From Lachnospiraceae bacterium (GTDB lineage Bacteria > Bacillota > Clostridia > Lachnospirales > Lachnospiraceae): 32,000 bases of DNA. The translations under genes were made by a program, and so were the position numbers. Of this stretch, positions 7,150-16,724 are shown one piece after another. Under the pieces are notes generated by a model. It was not told the DNA's origin. It saw only the letters and a list, made by a program, of their open reading frames with translations, and ran no database searches. The stretch's first letter is position 1, and every line of letters starts with the position of its first letter. The DNA is taken from the NCBI GenBank assembly GCA_036656795.1, contig JAVXHR010000016.1, forward strand, positions 1-32,000, in the 5' to 3' direction.

Positions 7150-9060
7150 TTAGATTCGCTTGGCAAGGTTATATTGTTCCATATACACTAATAGTACTGA
7201 TATATCTGCAGGAGATACTCCGGAGATACGAGAAGCTTGACCAATAGAAATTGGCCGATACTCTTCTAATTTCTGTATTGCTTCTCCCCGAAGGCTTCTG
7301 ATACTTTTATAATCAATTCCGTCCGGTATACGTTTTGTCTCCATTTTCTTAAATTGCTCTACTTGTTTTAATTGTCTTTTAATATAACCTTCATATTTAA
7401 TATTTATATTGATTTGTTCTATAGATTCATCGTCTAATGGTTGTCTGTTTCTATCAATTAATTCAAGTTTCTTATAATCTAATTCCGGTCTTCTTACAAG
7501 TTCTGCTAATGTTGTTCCTGTTTTAAGGGGTGTACTTTCATAATTTTTTAATAATGTTTGTACCTCTTTATTTGCTCCAATATTTGTATGTTCTAGTCGT
7601 TCTACTTCATGTATAATACATTCTTTTTTTCGTAACAACTTTTGAAAACGCTCGTCAGATATTAAACCTACTTGATATCCAATATGCATAAGCCGTTGGT
7701 CTGCATTATCTTGGCGAAGCAATAAACGATATTCTGAACGTGAAGTCATCATTCGATAAGGTTCTTTACTCTCCTTGGTAACTAAATCATCAATTAAAAC
7801 GCCAATATAAGCCTCTGAACGGTCAATAACTATCTGTTCCCTTCCTAACAGCTTCATAGACGCGTTAATACCCGCTATAAGCCCTTGTGCGGCAGCTTCT
7901 TCATATCCAGAACTTCCGTTAAATTGTCCTCCACTAAAAAGTCCCTCAATATTTTTAAATTCTAAAGTTGGATATAGCTGTCTAGCATCGATACAGTCAT
8001 ATTCGATTGCATATGCATTTCTGACAATCTTCACATGTTCAAGTCCTGGAACGGTACGATACATTGCATATTGTACATCTTCAGGAAGTGAACTGGACAT
8101 TCCACCAATATACATTTCATTTGTTTCCAGTCCTTCCGGTTCAATAAATACTTGATGTCTATCTTTATCTGCAAATTTTACAACCTTGTCTTCAATAGAA
8201 GGACAATATCTTGGTCCTGTACCTTCTATCATTCCCGAAAAGAGTGGAGAACGGTCTAAATTTTTCCTGATAATATTATGAGTTTCTTCGTTTGTATAAG
8301 TAAGCCAACATGAGGCCTGATCAATTTGAATATCGTCTGGATTTGTACTAAAAGAGAATGGCACAATGTGTGGATCACCAAACTGTTCTTCCATCTTGCT
8401 AAAATCAATACTATTCTTATCAATTCTAGCAGGAGTACCTGTCTTAAACCGATACATTTTGATTCCAAGATTTTTTAATGAATCCGTAAGATAATTAGCC
8501 GCCTGAAGTCCATTTGGGCCTGTTTTTGTGCTTACCTCACCGTAGATACAACGAGCCTTTAGATAGGTTCCTGTACATAAAATGACCGCTCTACATGTAT
8601 AAATTGTTCCGGCATACGTTTGTACCCCTGTAATTTTTCCATCTTCTACTAAGATATCTGTAACCTCAGCCTGTTTAATATCAAGATGTTCTTGGTGTTC
8701 TAATACTTGACGCATTGTACGACTATAATGTGCTTTATCAGCTTGTGCTCGAAGGGAATGTACCGCAGGACCTTTGGAACAATTTAACATTTTAGATTGA
8801 ATAAATGTCTGATCTATAATTTTCCCCATCTCTCCACCTAATGCATCTAATTCGCGTACAAGATGTCCTTTTGAACTTCCACCAATATTGGGATTACAAG
8901 GCATCAATGCAATACTATCTACACTGACTGTAAATATCATTGTCTGAAGACCTAATCTTGCAGTTGCAAGTGCTGCTTCACACCCGGCATGACCAGCTCC
9001 AATTACAACCACATCATAATGGTCTTTATTTTCCCATACAGAATTTGCTAAATATTTCAT
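7150..9060 (-). CDS. mnmG: tRNA uridine 5-carboxymethylaminomethyl modification enzyme MnmG (GidA)
   Basis: 636 aa with the FAD motif [16 protein letters not shown] and the [13 protein letters not shown] motif. Its start overlaps the mnmE 3' end by 35 nt. Confidence 0.97.
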   Translation of the reverse strand: MKYLANSVWENKDHYDVVVIGAGHAGCEAALATARLGLQTMIFTVSVDSIALMPCNPNIGGSSKGHLVRELDALGGEMGKIIDQTFIQSKMLNCSKGPAVHSLRAQADKAHYSRTMRQVLEHQEHLDIKQAEVTDILVEDGKITGVQTYAGTIYTCRAVILCTGTYLKARCIYGEVSTKTGPNGLQAANYLTDSLKNLGIKMYRFKTGTPARIDKNSIDFSKMEEQFGDPHIVPFSFSTNPDDIQIDQASCWLTYTNEETHNIIRKNLDRSPLFSGMIEGTGPRYCPSIEDKVVKFADKDRHQVFIEPEGLETNEMYIGGMSSSLPEDVQYAMYRTVPGLEHVKIVRNAYAIEYDCIDARQLYPTLEFKNIEGLFSGGQFNGSSGYEEAAAQGLIAGINASMKLLGREQIVIDRSEAYIGVLIDDLVTKESKEPYRMMTSRSEYRLLLRQDNADQRLMHIGYQVGLISDERFQKLLRKKECIIHEVERLEHTNIGANKEVQTLLKNYESTPLKTGTTLAELVRRPELDYKKLELIDRNRQPLDDESIEQININIKYEGYIKRQLKQVEQFKKMETKRIPDGIDYKSIRSLRGEAIQKLEEYRPISIGQASRISGVSPADISVLLVYMEQYNLAKRI

Positions 9061-10399
9061 TGACTAAATCTTCTCCTATCGTTTCTCCTGTGATACTTCC
9101 TAAAGTTTCATATGCTTCTAAAAGATCAATAGAATAAAAATCTTCCGGCATGTTTTGTTCTATACTATCATTGACTCGTTCTAAACTATGATATGCATCC
9201 TCTAAAGCTACTTGATGCCTCATATTTGTAATGTATACTTCATTATTAAATGAAATTTCTCCTTGAAAAAACATATCTTTTAATAGTCTTTCTAATTCTT
9301 TTATCCCTTGTTCTTCCTTAACTGAAATAGAGATCATTGGTTTATTAAGCTGTTTTTCTAAAATCTGTGTTGTAACAACGGTATTTAAATCTGATTTATT
9401 TAATAATACAATTGCTCTTTTATCTTGTATCATCTTAATAATATCATCATCATTTTTATCAAGTGGAAGAGATGCATCTACTACATAGATAATAAGATCT
9501 GCCTCATTTGCATGTTCTTTTGCACGTTGAACCCCAATTTGCTCTATAACATCTTCCGTATCCCTAATCCCTGCGGTATCTATAATATTTAGACTAACAC
9601 CATCTAGACTGATATTCTCCTGCAATGTATCTCTAGTTGTCCCTGCTATCTCTGTTACAATTGCCCGTTCTTCTCCTACAAGAACATTAAGAAGTGAAGA
9701 TTTGCCTGCATTTGGCTTACCAAGAATTACCGTTTTAATTCCCTCCTTAATAATTTTTCCATTATGAACACTTGATAATAATTGATGAATTTGTTCTAGT
9801 AATGTGTCAACTGTAAGTTTTAATGTTCTTCCATATCCATCCACACTAATATGTTCCGGATCGTCTAAAGCCGTTTCAATAAAAGCAGTGTGGTAAATTA
9901 TTTGATTTCTTATATTACTTATTTGTTTTTTTAGACTACCATTTAATTGACTAATAGAACTCTTTAATGCATATTCATTTTGAGATTGAATTACATCAAT
10001 TACCGCTTCTGCTTGGGATAAATCCATACGTCCATTTAAAAAAGCACGTTTTGTAAATTCTCCTGGTTCTGCAGGTCTAGCTCCATAATGAAACAATATC
10101 TCCAATATTTTTCTAACTACGTAAACACCACCATGGCAATCTATTTCAATGATATCTTCTCCTGTATAACTATGAGGTCCTCGCATTAACAATACCAGTA
10201 CTTCATCTATAATTTCATTTTCATCTACAATATGACCGTAGTGGATTGTATGACTTTTTTGTTTTGTAAGCAGTTTTCCATTTTTACTTTTATATATTTT
10301 TTCAATAATAGAAAATGAGTCTTCTCCACTCATTCGAATAATGCCTATCCCTGCATTTGTCATTGCTGTAGAAATAGCTGCAATTGTTTCTGTTCTCAT
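9026..10399 (-). CDS. mnmE: tRNA modification GTPase MnmE (TrmE)
   Basis: G-domain motifs [18 protein letters not shown] and NKSDL are present, with C-terminal FCMGK (the CIGK motif). I place the start at ATG 10399 ([11 protein letters not shown]...), which is preceded by GGGGGA. The 16 extra N-terminal codons in the track ORF (to 10447) are not MnmE-like. Confidence 0.93.
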   Translation of the reverse strand: MRTETIAAISTAMTNAGIGIIRMSGEDSFSIIEKIYKSKNGKLLTKQKSHTIHYGHIVDENEIIDEVLVLLMRGPHSYTGEDIIEIDCHGGVYVVRKILEILFHYGARPAEPGEFTKRAFLNGRMDLSQAEAVIDVIQSQNEYALKSSISQLNGSLKKQISNIRNQIIYHTAFIETALDDPEHISVDGYGRTLKLTVDTLLEQIHQLLSSVHNGKIIKEGIKTVILGKPNAGKSSLLNVLVGEERAIVTEIAGTTRDTLQENISLDGVSLNIIDTAGIRDTEDVIEQIGVQRAKEHANEADLIIYVVDASLPLDKNDDDIIKMIQDKRAIVLLNKSDLNTVVTTQILEKQLNKPMISISVKEEQGIKELERLLKDMFFQGEISFNNEVYITNMRHQVALEDAYHSLERVNDSIEQNMPEDFYSIDLLEAYETLGSITGETIGEDLVNEIFSKFCMGK

Positions 10400-10523
10400 T
10401 CCTATGTTCCCCCATAATAGAAATGGAGACATGACTAATCCATACATTCCTCTTGTCTATGACAAAAATCTTGTTCGGATATAGACACGCCCCCGTCTTT
10501 GCCCAGGTTTATATTCGTCTATC

Positions 10524-11333
10524 TTATTTATTTTTCGCTAATGTAATAACAACTCTTCTGTAAGGCTCATCGCCTTCACTGTGAGTAGATATTGCATGGT
10601 CACCTTGAAGTGCAGAATGAATAATACGTCTTTCATATGGATTCATCGGTTCAAGTGAAACTGATTTTCTCGTTCTCTTTACCTTATGTGCAATATTTTT
10701 TCCAAGATTTTCCAATGTTTCTTTTCTTCTTTGTCGATAATTTTCTGTATCTAGTTTTACTCTAACATATCCTTCTTGCATCTTATTTGCAACACGATTT
10801 GTTAGGTATTGAAGAGAGTCTAATGTTTGTCCTCTTTTACCAATTAGAATTCCCATATTATCACCAACCATCTCCATGCTCAATGCACCTTCTTCATCAA
10901 TGGTAGATGTAACCTTTACTTCCATGCCAATTGTTTTTAGAACATCCTTTAAAAAGTTCTCACATACTTCTTTGGTTTCCACAGTCACTTCTACCAAATC
11001 AGCTTCTCTCTTTGTAGTCATCTTTATTTCTTCTTTTGATTCCTCTTTTGGTTCTTCTTTTAATTCTTCTTTTAAATCTTTATTTGGAACTTCTGTTTTT
11101 AACACTTCTACTTTTTTATGCACTGTAGTTTTTGATTCAACCTTTGGAGTGGGAATATTTAAACTTTTCTTACGAGCTTTAATAACTGCTTGTTTCATAC
11201 CAATTCCTAAAAACCCGGTACTTCCTTTTTCAATAATATCATAATCCAGTTGATCACTTGTAATTCCTAATTCTACAGATGCCTCTGTAATGGCATCATC
11301 TAATGTTCTTGCCGATACTGTAATCTCGCTCAT
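10524..11333 (-). CDS. jag: Jag/KhpB RNA-binding protein (Jag_N, KH, R3H domains)
   Basis: 269 aa with an N-terminal Jag_N-like segment, a Lys/Glu-rich linker (KDLKEELKEEPKEESKEE), a KH-like core and the R3H motif EPMNPYERRIIHSAL. Synteny after yidC supports the call. Confidence 0.9.
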   Translation of the reverse strand: MSEITVSARTLDDAITEASVELGITSDQLDYDIIEKGSTGFLGIGMKQAVIKARKKSLNIPTPKVESKTTVHKKVEVLKTEVPNKDLKEELKEEPKEESKEEIKMTTKREADLVEVTVETKEVCENFLKDVLKTIGMEVKVTSTIDEEGALSMEMVGDNMGILIGKRGQTLDSLQYLTNRVANKMQEGYVRVKLDTENYRQRRKETLENLGKNIAHKVKRTRKSVSLEPMNPYERRIIHSALQGDHAISTHSEGDEPYRRVVITLAKNK

Positions 11334-11348
11334 ATTAAACCTCCTTGA

Positions 11349-12590
11349 TTAATCGTTTTCGTTAAACTTCTTAACCATTCCAGCCTTTGATGCTAAACTT
11401 CCCGGTGTTGGATTGTTAGTAGTAGTTACCTCTTTGTCTACTTTTTTTGTTGCTATATTTTGTTTCTTTGGTTCTTGATAATTTCTTGCACTTGTTTGTG
11501 CTTTTTGCGCAATTCCGGTAGCTGCACCTTTTTTCTCAAGTTTTTTTGATGCTTTTTCCATATTCTTTTTCACTAACTCATCCATAGATTGATGATTTAA
11601 CGACCTATTAATAATTAATTGTTGTAATGAACGGAATACCGCACTGGCAATCCAGTATAATCCTAATCCTGTAGGTAATGTAAAACACATAAAAACTGAG
11701 AATAACGGCATTGTCATATTCATAGTTTTCATAGAAGATGCCATTGGATTATCTTCTCCACCCGGTGCTTGAGGCATCAATTTAATATTAAGCCATTGAG
11801 TTAAACCAGATATTATAGGAATCAAAAGAGCAAGAATTGCAATTCCAATAGCTCCTGCTTTAAAACTATCCATCATCGTACTCATTGGTGTATTTGCAAT
11901 ATTAAGTCCAAAAAAATTATTTAGATGCCCAACATTTTGAATCGTTGTATCTATTACTGATTCTAATGCAGGAAATTTATCTATTAATGTATCCCATGTT
12001 GTTGCTTGAAATTTATACAACACATCAATAATTGTATTAACTTGAGAATAGTCATATTTTTCAGGACTAATCATAATTGGCTTTGCTTTTCCAATTGTTT
12101 CTATAATATTTTGATAACCATTTGATGACATAATACCATCTACAAGAGGCATATATGCATTTTTAATGCCATCTACGTATGCGGGCATATTTTGTATTAC
12201 TTTATACAAACCAAATAAGATTGGCATTTGAATTACCATTTGTAAACATCCACCTGTAGGTGAAGTACCATATTTTTGATATACTAATTGCATCTCTTCT
12301 TGCTGCTTTGTCATAGATGCTTGATCTTTTTTGTTTTTATATTTTTTTTGGATTGCCTGCAATTCTGGATTCATAACCGCAGACATCTTTGAGAATTTCT
12401 GTTGCTTAATTGTAAGTGGTATCATTAATGTATATATAATCAGTGTGAATATAATAATACATAAACCAATATTTTGAATTCCAAATGCACTGCTTAATAC
12501 ATTAAATATACCATTCATTAATTTACCAAGTAACCAAGCCACTTGTCCAATAATTGGTGTGGTTGCTTGTGTTAATAATAAACCTGCCAT
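11349..12590 (-). CDS. yidC: YidC/Oxa1-family membrane protein insertase (long form)
   Basis: 413 aa containing the conserved YidC core blocks IPLTIKQQKFSKM..LQAIQKKYK, YQKYGTSPTGGCLQMVIQMPILFGLY and LPTGLGLYWIASAVFRSLQQ. A long lysine-rich C-terminal tail is present. Confidence 0.92.
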   Translation of the reverse strand: MAGLLLTQATTPIIGQVAWLLGKLMNGIFNVLSSAFGIQNIGLCIIIFTLIIYTLMIPLTIKQQKFSKMSAVMNPELQAIQKKYKNKKDQASMTKQQEEMQLVYQKYGTSPTGGCLQMVIQMPILFGLYKVIQNMPAYVDGIKNAYMPLVDGIMSSNGYQNIIETIGKAKPIMISPEKYDYSQVNTIIDVLYKFQATTWDTLIDKFPALESVIDTTIQNVGHLNNFFGLNIANTPMSTMMDSFKAGAIGIAILALLIPIISGLTQWLNIKLMPQAPGGEDNPMASSMKTMNMTMPLFSVFMCFTLPTGLGLYWIASAVFRSLQQLIINRSLNHQSMDELVKKNMEKASKKLEKKGAATGIAQKAQTSARNYQEPKKQNIATKKVDKEVTTTNNPTPGSLASKAGMVKKFNEND

Positions 12591-12605
12591 TTCTTTTCCT
12601 CCTAT

Positions 12606-12818
12606 TTAAGGTACAGGATCATATCCGCCTTTTGCAAATGGATTACAGCGTAATATTCTCCATAAAGTCATAAGACCACCCTTGCATGCACCATATTTTT
12701 CAATTGCTTCAATTCCGTATTGAGAACATGTTGGTATATATATGCAATGAGTTGTCTGCTTTAGGGGAGATAAGTATTTTCTATAAAACTTAATAAGCCC
12801 TATAAATATTCTTTTCAT
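12606..12818 (-). CDS. yidD: membrane protein insertion efficiency factor YidD
   Basis: 70 aa with the motifs YRKYLSP...[16 protein letters not shown] and NPF..GGYDPVP. Confidence 0.9.
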   Translation of the reverse strand: MKRIFIGLIKFYRKYLSPLKQTTHCIYIPTCSQYGIEAIEKYGACKGGLMTLWRILRCNPFAKGGYDPVP

Positions 12819-12832
12819 CCTTACATCTCCAT

Positions 12833-13171
12833 TTATTTATCTATAATATTATGAAGTTTTCCCACGTGAAGTAAGGCGCTACGAATGTCTTTATATTCTT
12901 TATCTTTGGCGCCTATTCTTGCAATCACTACTATATCTAATCCACATGGAAATTGTTCTTCGTGTAGTCGATAGCTCTCTCTTATTAAACGTGCTAATCT
13001 ATGTCTTACCACACTATTTCCTACTTTTTTACTTACAGATATTCCTATACGATTCATATGTAATTCATTTTTCATTACATACATTACAAGATATTTATTC
13101 GCATAAGATTTTCCATTTTTGTATACCTTTAGGAAATCTTTGTTTTTCTTTAATGATTCGGAAAATTTCAT
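12833..13171 (-). CDS. rnpA: ribonuclease P protein component
   Basis: 112 aa and basic, with [25 protein letters not shown] (the RNR-type motif). It lies immediately downstream of rpmH. Confidence 0.92.
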   Translation of the reverse strand: MKFSESLKKNKDFLKVYKNGKSYANKYLVMYVMKNELHMNRIGISVSKKVGNSVVRHRLARLIRESYRLHEEQFPCGLDIVVIARIGAKDKEYKDIRSALLHVGKLHNIIDK

Positions 13172-13202
13172 ATACTTATTCTCCTAATTTTTAGAGAAGA
13201 AA

Positions 13203-13222
13203 AGGCCACATATTTGCGGCCT
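13203..13222 (-). terminator. hairpin / partial terminator between rpmH and rnpA
   Basis: Minus-strand RNA reads AGGCCGC-AAAUAU-GUGGCCU, a 7 bp stem with one G-U pair, followed by UUUCUUCUCU. It overlaps the rpmH stop codon. Confidence 0.45.
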
Positions 13223-13355
13223 ACGCTGATAATTGTTTTCTTCCTTTTGCTCTTCTGGCTGTTAATACTTTTCTTCCGCCTGCTGAACTCATTCTTGCTC
13301 TAAATCCATGAACTCTTGATCTAGATCTCTTTTTTGGTTGGAATGTCATCTTCAT
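13221..13355 (-). CDS. rpmH: 50S ribosomal protein L34
   Basis: This gene is below the 60-aa cutoff, so it is not in the ORF track. My manual translation is [47 protein letters not shown] is at 13355-13353, RBS AAGGAGGTGG is upstream, and stop TAG is at 13223-13221. Confidence 0.95.
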   Translation of the reverse strand: MKMTFQPKKRSRSRVHGFRARMSSAGGRKVLTARRAKGRKQLSA

Positions 13356-13374
13356 TGATATCCACCTCCTTAAA

Positions 13375-13403
13375 ATTTAAACTTACATATATAAATAAGT
13401 CAA
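13375..13403 (-). promoter_or_regulatory. candidate rpmH promoter
   Basis: Minus strand reads TTGACT (13403-13398), 17 nt spacer, TTAAAT (13380-13375), about 20 nt upstream of the rpmH ATG. Confidence 0.35.
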
Positions 13404-13512
13404 TTGTGTACTTTTGTAAAGACATCGCCCTTAATTATATAAAAAAAGTTCCAATACGTCAAGTAAAACATAGTATTTAATCAATTATTTTATAAATTAA
13501 CCAAATAACAAG

Positions 13513-13631
13513 TTACCCACCAATTGTGGATAACTTGTTTAAATATAGGGGATAAACTGTGAATATAAACTATTTTAGTTGATATATATGTACTTTTACT
13601 TCATTTCTAGCCGTTGTAAAACTTATCCACA
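13513..13631. promoter_or_regulatory. oriC part I: DnaA-box cluster in the rpmH-dnaA spacer
   Basis: Two perfect boxes are present: TGTGGATAA at 13525-13533 (reverse of TTATCCACA) and TTATCCACA at 13623-13631. TTACCCACC at 13513-13521 has 2 mismatches. TGTGAATAT at 13558-13566 is a weak match. Flanking DNA is very AT-rich. Confidence 0.8.
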
Positions 13632-13641
13632 CTATTTTTCA

Positions 13642-13670
13642 TTGCTTAAATATTGCTTTTGATGTAAAAT
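13642..13670 (+). promoter_or_regulatory. candidate dnaA promoter
   Basis: TTGCTT (13642-13647), 17 nt spacer, TAAAAT (13665-13670). A perfect DnaA box ends 10 nt upstream of the -35, which is consistent with autoregulation. Confidence 0.45.
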
Positions 13671-13728
13671 ATAGGAGAGTGTTTTTGTCTATAAATATAC
13701 TCGTAAAGGAAAGATTAGGAGCTTAAAA

Positions 13729-15099
13729 ATGAATATTATTGAAGAAAAATGGAACCAAATAATTGAAAAAATTAACACAGAATATTGTCTTTCCCGTATT
13801 TCTTATACTACATGGATACAACCTTTAAAGTTATATGAGGCTACAGATACTACTATTTTTATATTAGTAAACATGAAAGCAAGTGTAGAAATTATTAAAA
13901 ATAAATACCTACTTCCTTTCAAAGTATGTATTGGTGAAATTACCGGGAAGGAATACGATATCAAATTTATTACTGAAGATGATATTCAACTTGGTAAATT
14001 GGAAAATGAAGTAAAACAAGTTAAAAAATCAAACAGTATTATAGAGAAGGCAAATCTAAATCACAAATATACATTTGATACTTTTGTAGTTGGTGGAAAC
14101 AACAATTTTGCACACGCTGCTTCTTTGGCAGTTGCTGAATCTCCTGGTGAAATTTATAATCCTCTCTTTTTGTATGGAGGTGTTGGACTTGGCAAAACTC
14201 ATCTTATGCATTCAATTGCTCATTTTATATTAGATAATGATCCTACTAAAAAAGTATTATATGTAACAAGTGAAGCTTTTACAAATGAATTAATTGATGC
14301 AATTAAAAGTGGTAAAACCGGAAATGAAGTTGCAATGACTACTTTTCGAGAAAAATATAGAAATAATGATGTACTTCTTATTGATGATGTTCAATTCATA
14401 ATAGGAAAAGAAAGTACACAAGAAGAGTTTTTTCATACTTTTAATCACCTTCATGTATCCGGCAAACAAATTATCCTTTCTAGTGATAAACCACCTAAAG
14501 ATATAGAAACATTAGAGGCAAGACTTCGTACACGTTTTGAGTGGGGATTAATTGCTGACATATCTGCTCCGGATTATGAAACCAGAATGGCAATTCTTCG
14601 TAAAAAAGAAGAATTAGATGGATTAGAAAGATATCATATTCCTGATGAAGTATTACAATACATTGCAACAAATGTAAAATCTAATATTCGAGAACTAGAA
14701 GGTTCTTTGAATAAATTAGTAGCTCTTGCAATTCTTGAAAAAAGAGAAATAGATATAACCCTTGCTGCAGATGCATTAAAAGATATTATATCACCTGATG
14801 AAAATAGGGAAGTAACACCTGATTTAATTATGAATATTGTGTCTGAACATTTTAATATTTCTATTACAGAATTAAAAAGTGGAAAGAGAAATGCTGATAT
14901 TGCCATTCCAAGACAAATCATTATGTACTTATGTAGAACTATGACCGATACCCCTTTTAAAGCAATTGGAATATTGCTAGGAGGAAGAGATCATTCTACC
15001 ATCTGTCATGGAGTCGATAAAATTAGCGCAGATATTAAAGAAAATGAAGCACTTTCTAACACAATTGATATTATTAAAAAGAAAATTAATCCTATCTAA
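13729..15099 (+). CDS. dnaA: chromosomal replication initiator protein DnaA
   Basis: 456 aa with the AAA+ Walker A GGVGLGKTHL, Walker B LLIDDVQF, sensor and arginine-finger regions, and a C-terminal DNA-binding domain (IAIPRQIIMYLCR...GGRDHSTICHG). Confidence 0.98.
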   Translation: MNIIEEKWNQIIEKINTEYCLSRISYTTWIQPLKLYEATDTTIFILVNMKASVEIIKNKYLLPFKVCIGEITGKEYDIKFITEDDIQLGKLENEVKQVKKSNSIIEKANLNHKYTFDTFVVGGNNNFAHAASLAVAESPGEIYNPLFLYGGVGLGKTHLMHSIAHFILDNDPTKKVLYVTSEAFTNELIDAIKSGKTGNEVAMTTFREKYRNNDVLLIDDVQFIIGKESTQEEFFHTFNHLHVSGKQIILSSDKPPKDIETLEARLRTRFEWGLIADISAPDYETRMAILRKKEELDGLERYHIPDEVLQYIATNVKSNIRELEGSLNKLVALAILEKREIDITLAADALKDIISPDENREVTPDLIMNIVSEHFNISITELKSGKRNADIAIPRQIIMYLCRTMTDTPFKAIGILLGGRDHSTICHGVDKISADIKENEALSNTIDIIKKKINPI

Positions 15100-15121
15100 C
15101 TAATAAAAGTATGGACAACCA

Positions 15122-15283
15122 TGTGGATAATAGGTTACTAAGTTGTAGATAAAAATTCTATACTTATTTCATTAAAAGTTATCCATATTCTATCCAATGT
15201 CTATACATTTGATATCAACATAGTTATAAGATGTTCAATTCTATATTTATGTAAGGCTAACATGGGTTATACACATATCCACA
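15122..15283. promoter_or_regulatory. oriC part II: DnaA-box cluster in the dnaA-dnaN spacer
   Basis: TGTGGATAA at 15122-15130 is a perfect box. Four boxes have 1 mismatch: TGTAGATAA (15144-15152), TTATCCATA (15179-15187), TTATACACA (15267-15275) and ATATCCACA (15275-15283). A further TTATACACA lies at 15347-15355, next to the dnaN ATG. Confidence 0.8.
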
Positions 15284-15336
15284 GCCCCTATTAAGGATAC
15301 TACTAATTTATTTTATATATTTTATCTATAAAAATA
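15284..15336 (+). promoter_or_regulatory. candidate DNA-unwinding module: GC cluster, DnaA-trio-like triplets, AT tract
   Basis: GCCC(C) at 15284-15288 directly follows box ATATCCACA. Next come CTA TTA AGG ATA CTA CTA (15288-15305), then ATTTATTTTATATATTTTATCTATAAAAATA (15306-15336). From memory, B. subtilis incC reads TTTTCCACA-GGCC-CTACTATTACTTCTACTA-AT-rich-dnaN in the same order and orientation. Confidence 0.55.
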
Positions 15337-15356
15337 CCGAAAGGAGTTATACACAC

Positions 15357-16466
15357 ATGAAAATTATATGTAACAAGTCTAATTTAGCAAAAGGAGTATC
15401 TATTGTTTCTAAAGCAGTTCCCTCTAAGACAACAATGCCAATATTAGAATGTATTTTAATTGATGCAACAACAGATATTATCAAATTAACAGCTAATGAT
15501 ATGGAATTAGGAATTGAAACCATTATAGAAGGTGATATTTGCGAAAAGGGATTGATTGCTCTTGATGCAAAATTGTTTTCTGAAATAGTAAGAAAGCTTC
15601 CTGATAATGAAATTGTAATTAAAACAACTGATAATCTTCAAGCAACTATTACATGTGAAAAATCAAAATTTAATTTATCAGCCAAATCAGGAGAAGATTT
15701 TTCATATCTTCCATATATTGAAAAAGAGGATTCTATTGTTGTATCTCAGTTTACACTAAAAGAAGTAATTAGGCAGACTATATTTTCTATTGCTGATAAT
15801 GATAGTAATAAATTGATGACAGGAGAATTGTTTGAAGTATCTGATAATTTATTGAAAGTAATATCATTAGATGGACATAGAATTTCAATTAGAAAAATAG
15901 AATTGAAAAATTCATATCCTAATAAAAAAGTAGTAGTTCCTGGAAAAACATTAATGGAGATAAGCAAAATTTTATCAGGTGAAGCAGATAAAGATGTATC
16001 TATTTATTTTACATCAAATCACATTGTGTTTGAATTTGATCAAACAGTAGTGATATCAAGACTTATAGAAGGAGAATATTTTAGAATTGATCAGATGTTA
16101 TCAAGTGATTATGAAACAAAAGTTATAATTAATAAAAAGGAACTATTAAATTGTATAGATAGAGCAACTCTTCTTGTAAAAGAAGGAGATAAAAAGCCTA
16201 TTATTATTAATATGCTAGATGAATCTATGGAGTTAAAGATACAATCTCAGGTTGGATCTATGGATGAAGAAATATTAATTACAAAAGAAGGAAAAGATCT
16301 TTTAATTGGATTTAATCCTAAGTTTTTAATAGATGCACTTCGTGTTATAGATGATGAAGAAATTAATATGTATCTTATGAATGCAAAAGCCCCTTGTTTT
16401 ATACGTGATGCTAAAGAAAGCTATGTTTATTTGATATTGCCGGTTAACTTTAATGGAATTGGATAA
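15357..16466 (+). CDS. dnaN: DNA polymerase III beta sliding clamp
   Basis: 369 aa with a three-domain clamp pattern (N-terminal MKI.C.K..L, internal LKVISLDGHRIS, C-terminal YLILPV). RBS AAAGGAG is upstream and synteny after dnaA supports the call. Confidence 0.97.
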   Translation: MKIICNKSNLAKGVSIVSKAVPSKTTMPILECILIDATTDIIKLTANDMELGIETIIEGDICEKGLIALDAKLFSEIVRKLPDNEIVIKTTDNLQATITCEKSKFNLSAKSGEDFSYLPYIEKEDSIVVSQFTLKEVIRQTIFSIADNDSNKLMTGELFEVSDNLLKVISLDGHRISIRKIELKNSYPNKKVVVPGKTLMEISKILSGEADKDVSIYFTSNHIVFEFDQTVVISRLIEGEYFRIDQMLSSDYETKVIINKKELLNCIDRATLLVKEGDKKPIIINMLDESMELKIQSQVGSMDEEILITKEGKDLLIGFNPKFLIDALRVIDDEEINMYLMNAKAPCFIRDAKESYVYLILPVNFNGIG

Positions 16467-16514
16467 TTTTAAGAAAAGTATCAATTAAAAAAATGAGAAT
16501 GGACGGGAGCAATT

Positions 16515-16724
16515 ATGGAAGTTATAAAATTAAGAGAAGAATATATTAAACTTGGACAGTCTTTAAAAGCAGCAGGGCTTGTTGATTCAGGTATTATGGC
16601 AAAATTAGTAATTAAAGATGAAAAAGTAAAAGTAAATGGTATAATAGAAACGCAACGTGGTAAAAAGTTACGCGTAGGTGATATTGTTTCTTTTAATGGA
16701 GAAGAAGTAAAAATTGAAAATTAA
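16515..16724 (+). CDS. yaaA: S4-domain RNA-binding protein YaaA
   Basis: 69 aa with an S4-like fold signature (I.L.Q.LK..G...SG..AK..I....V.VNG). It occupies the conserved position between dnaN and recF, as in B. subtilis. Confidence 0.85.
   Translation: MEVIKLREEYIKLGQSLKAAGLVDSGIMAKLVIKDEKVKVNGIIETQRGKKLRVGDIVSFNGEEVKIEN

Noticed and set aside
10400-10447. 16-codon N-terminal extension of mnmE in the ORF track (MYGLVMSPFLLWGNIG)
   Set aside because: It is not MnmE-like. The canonical N-terminus begins at the internal Met at 10399, which has its own purine-rich RBS.
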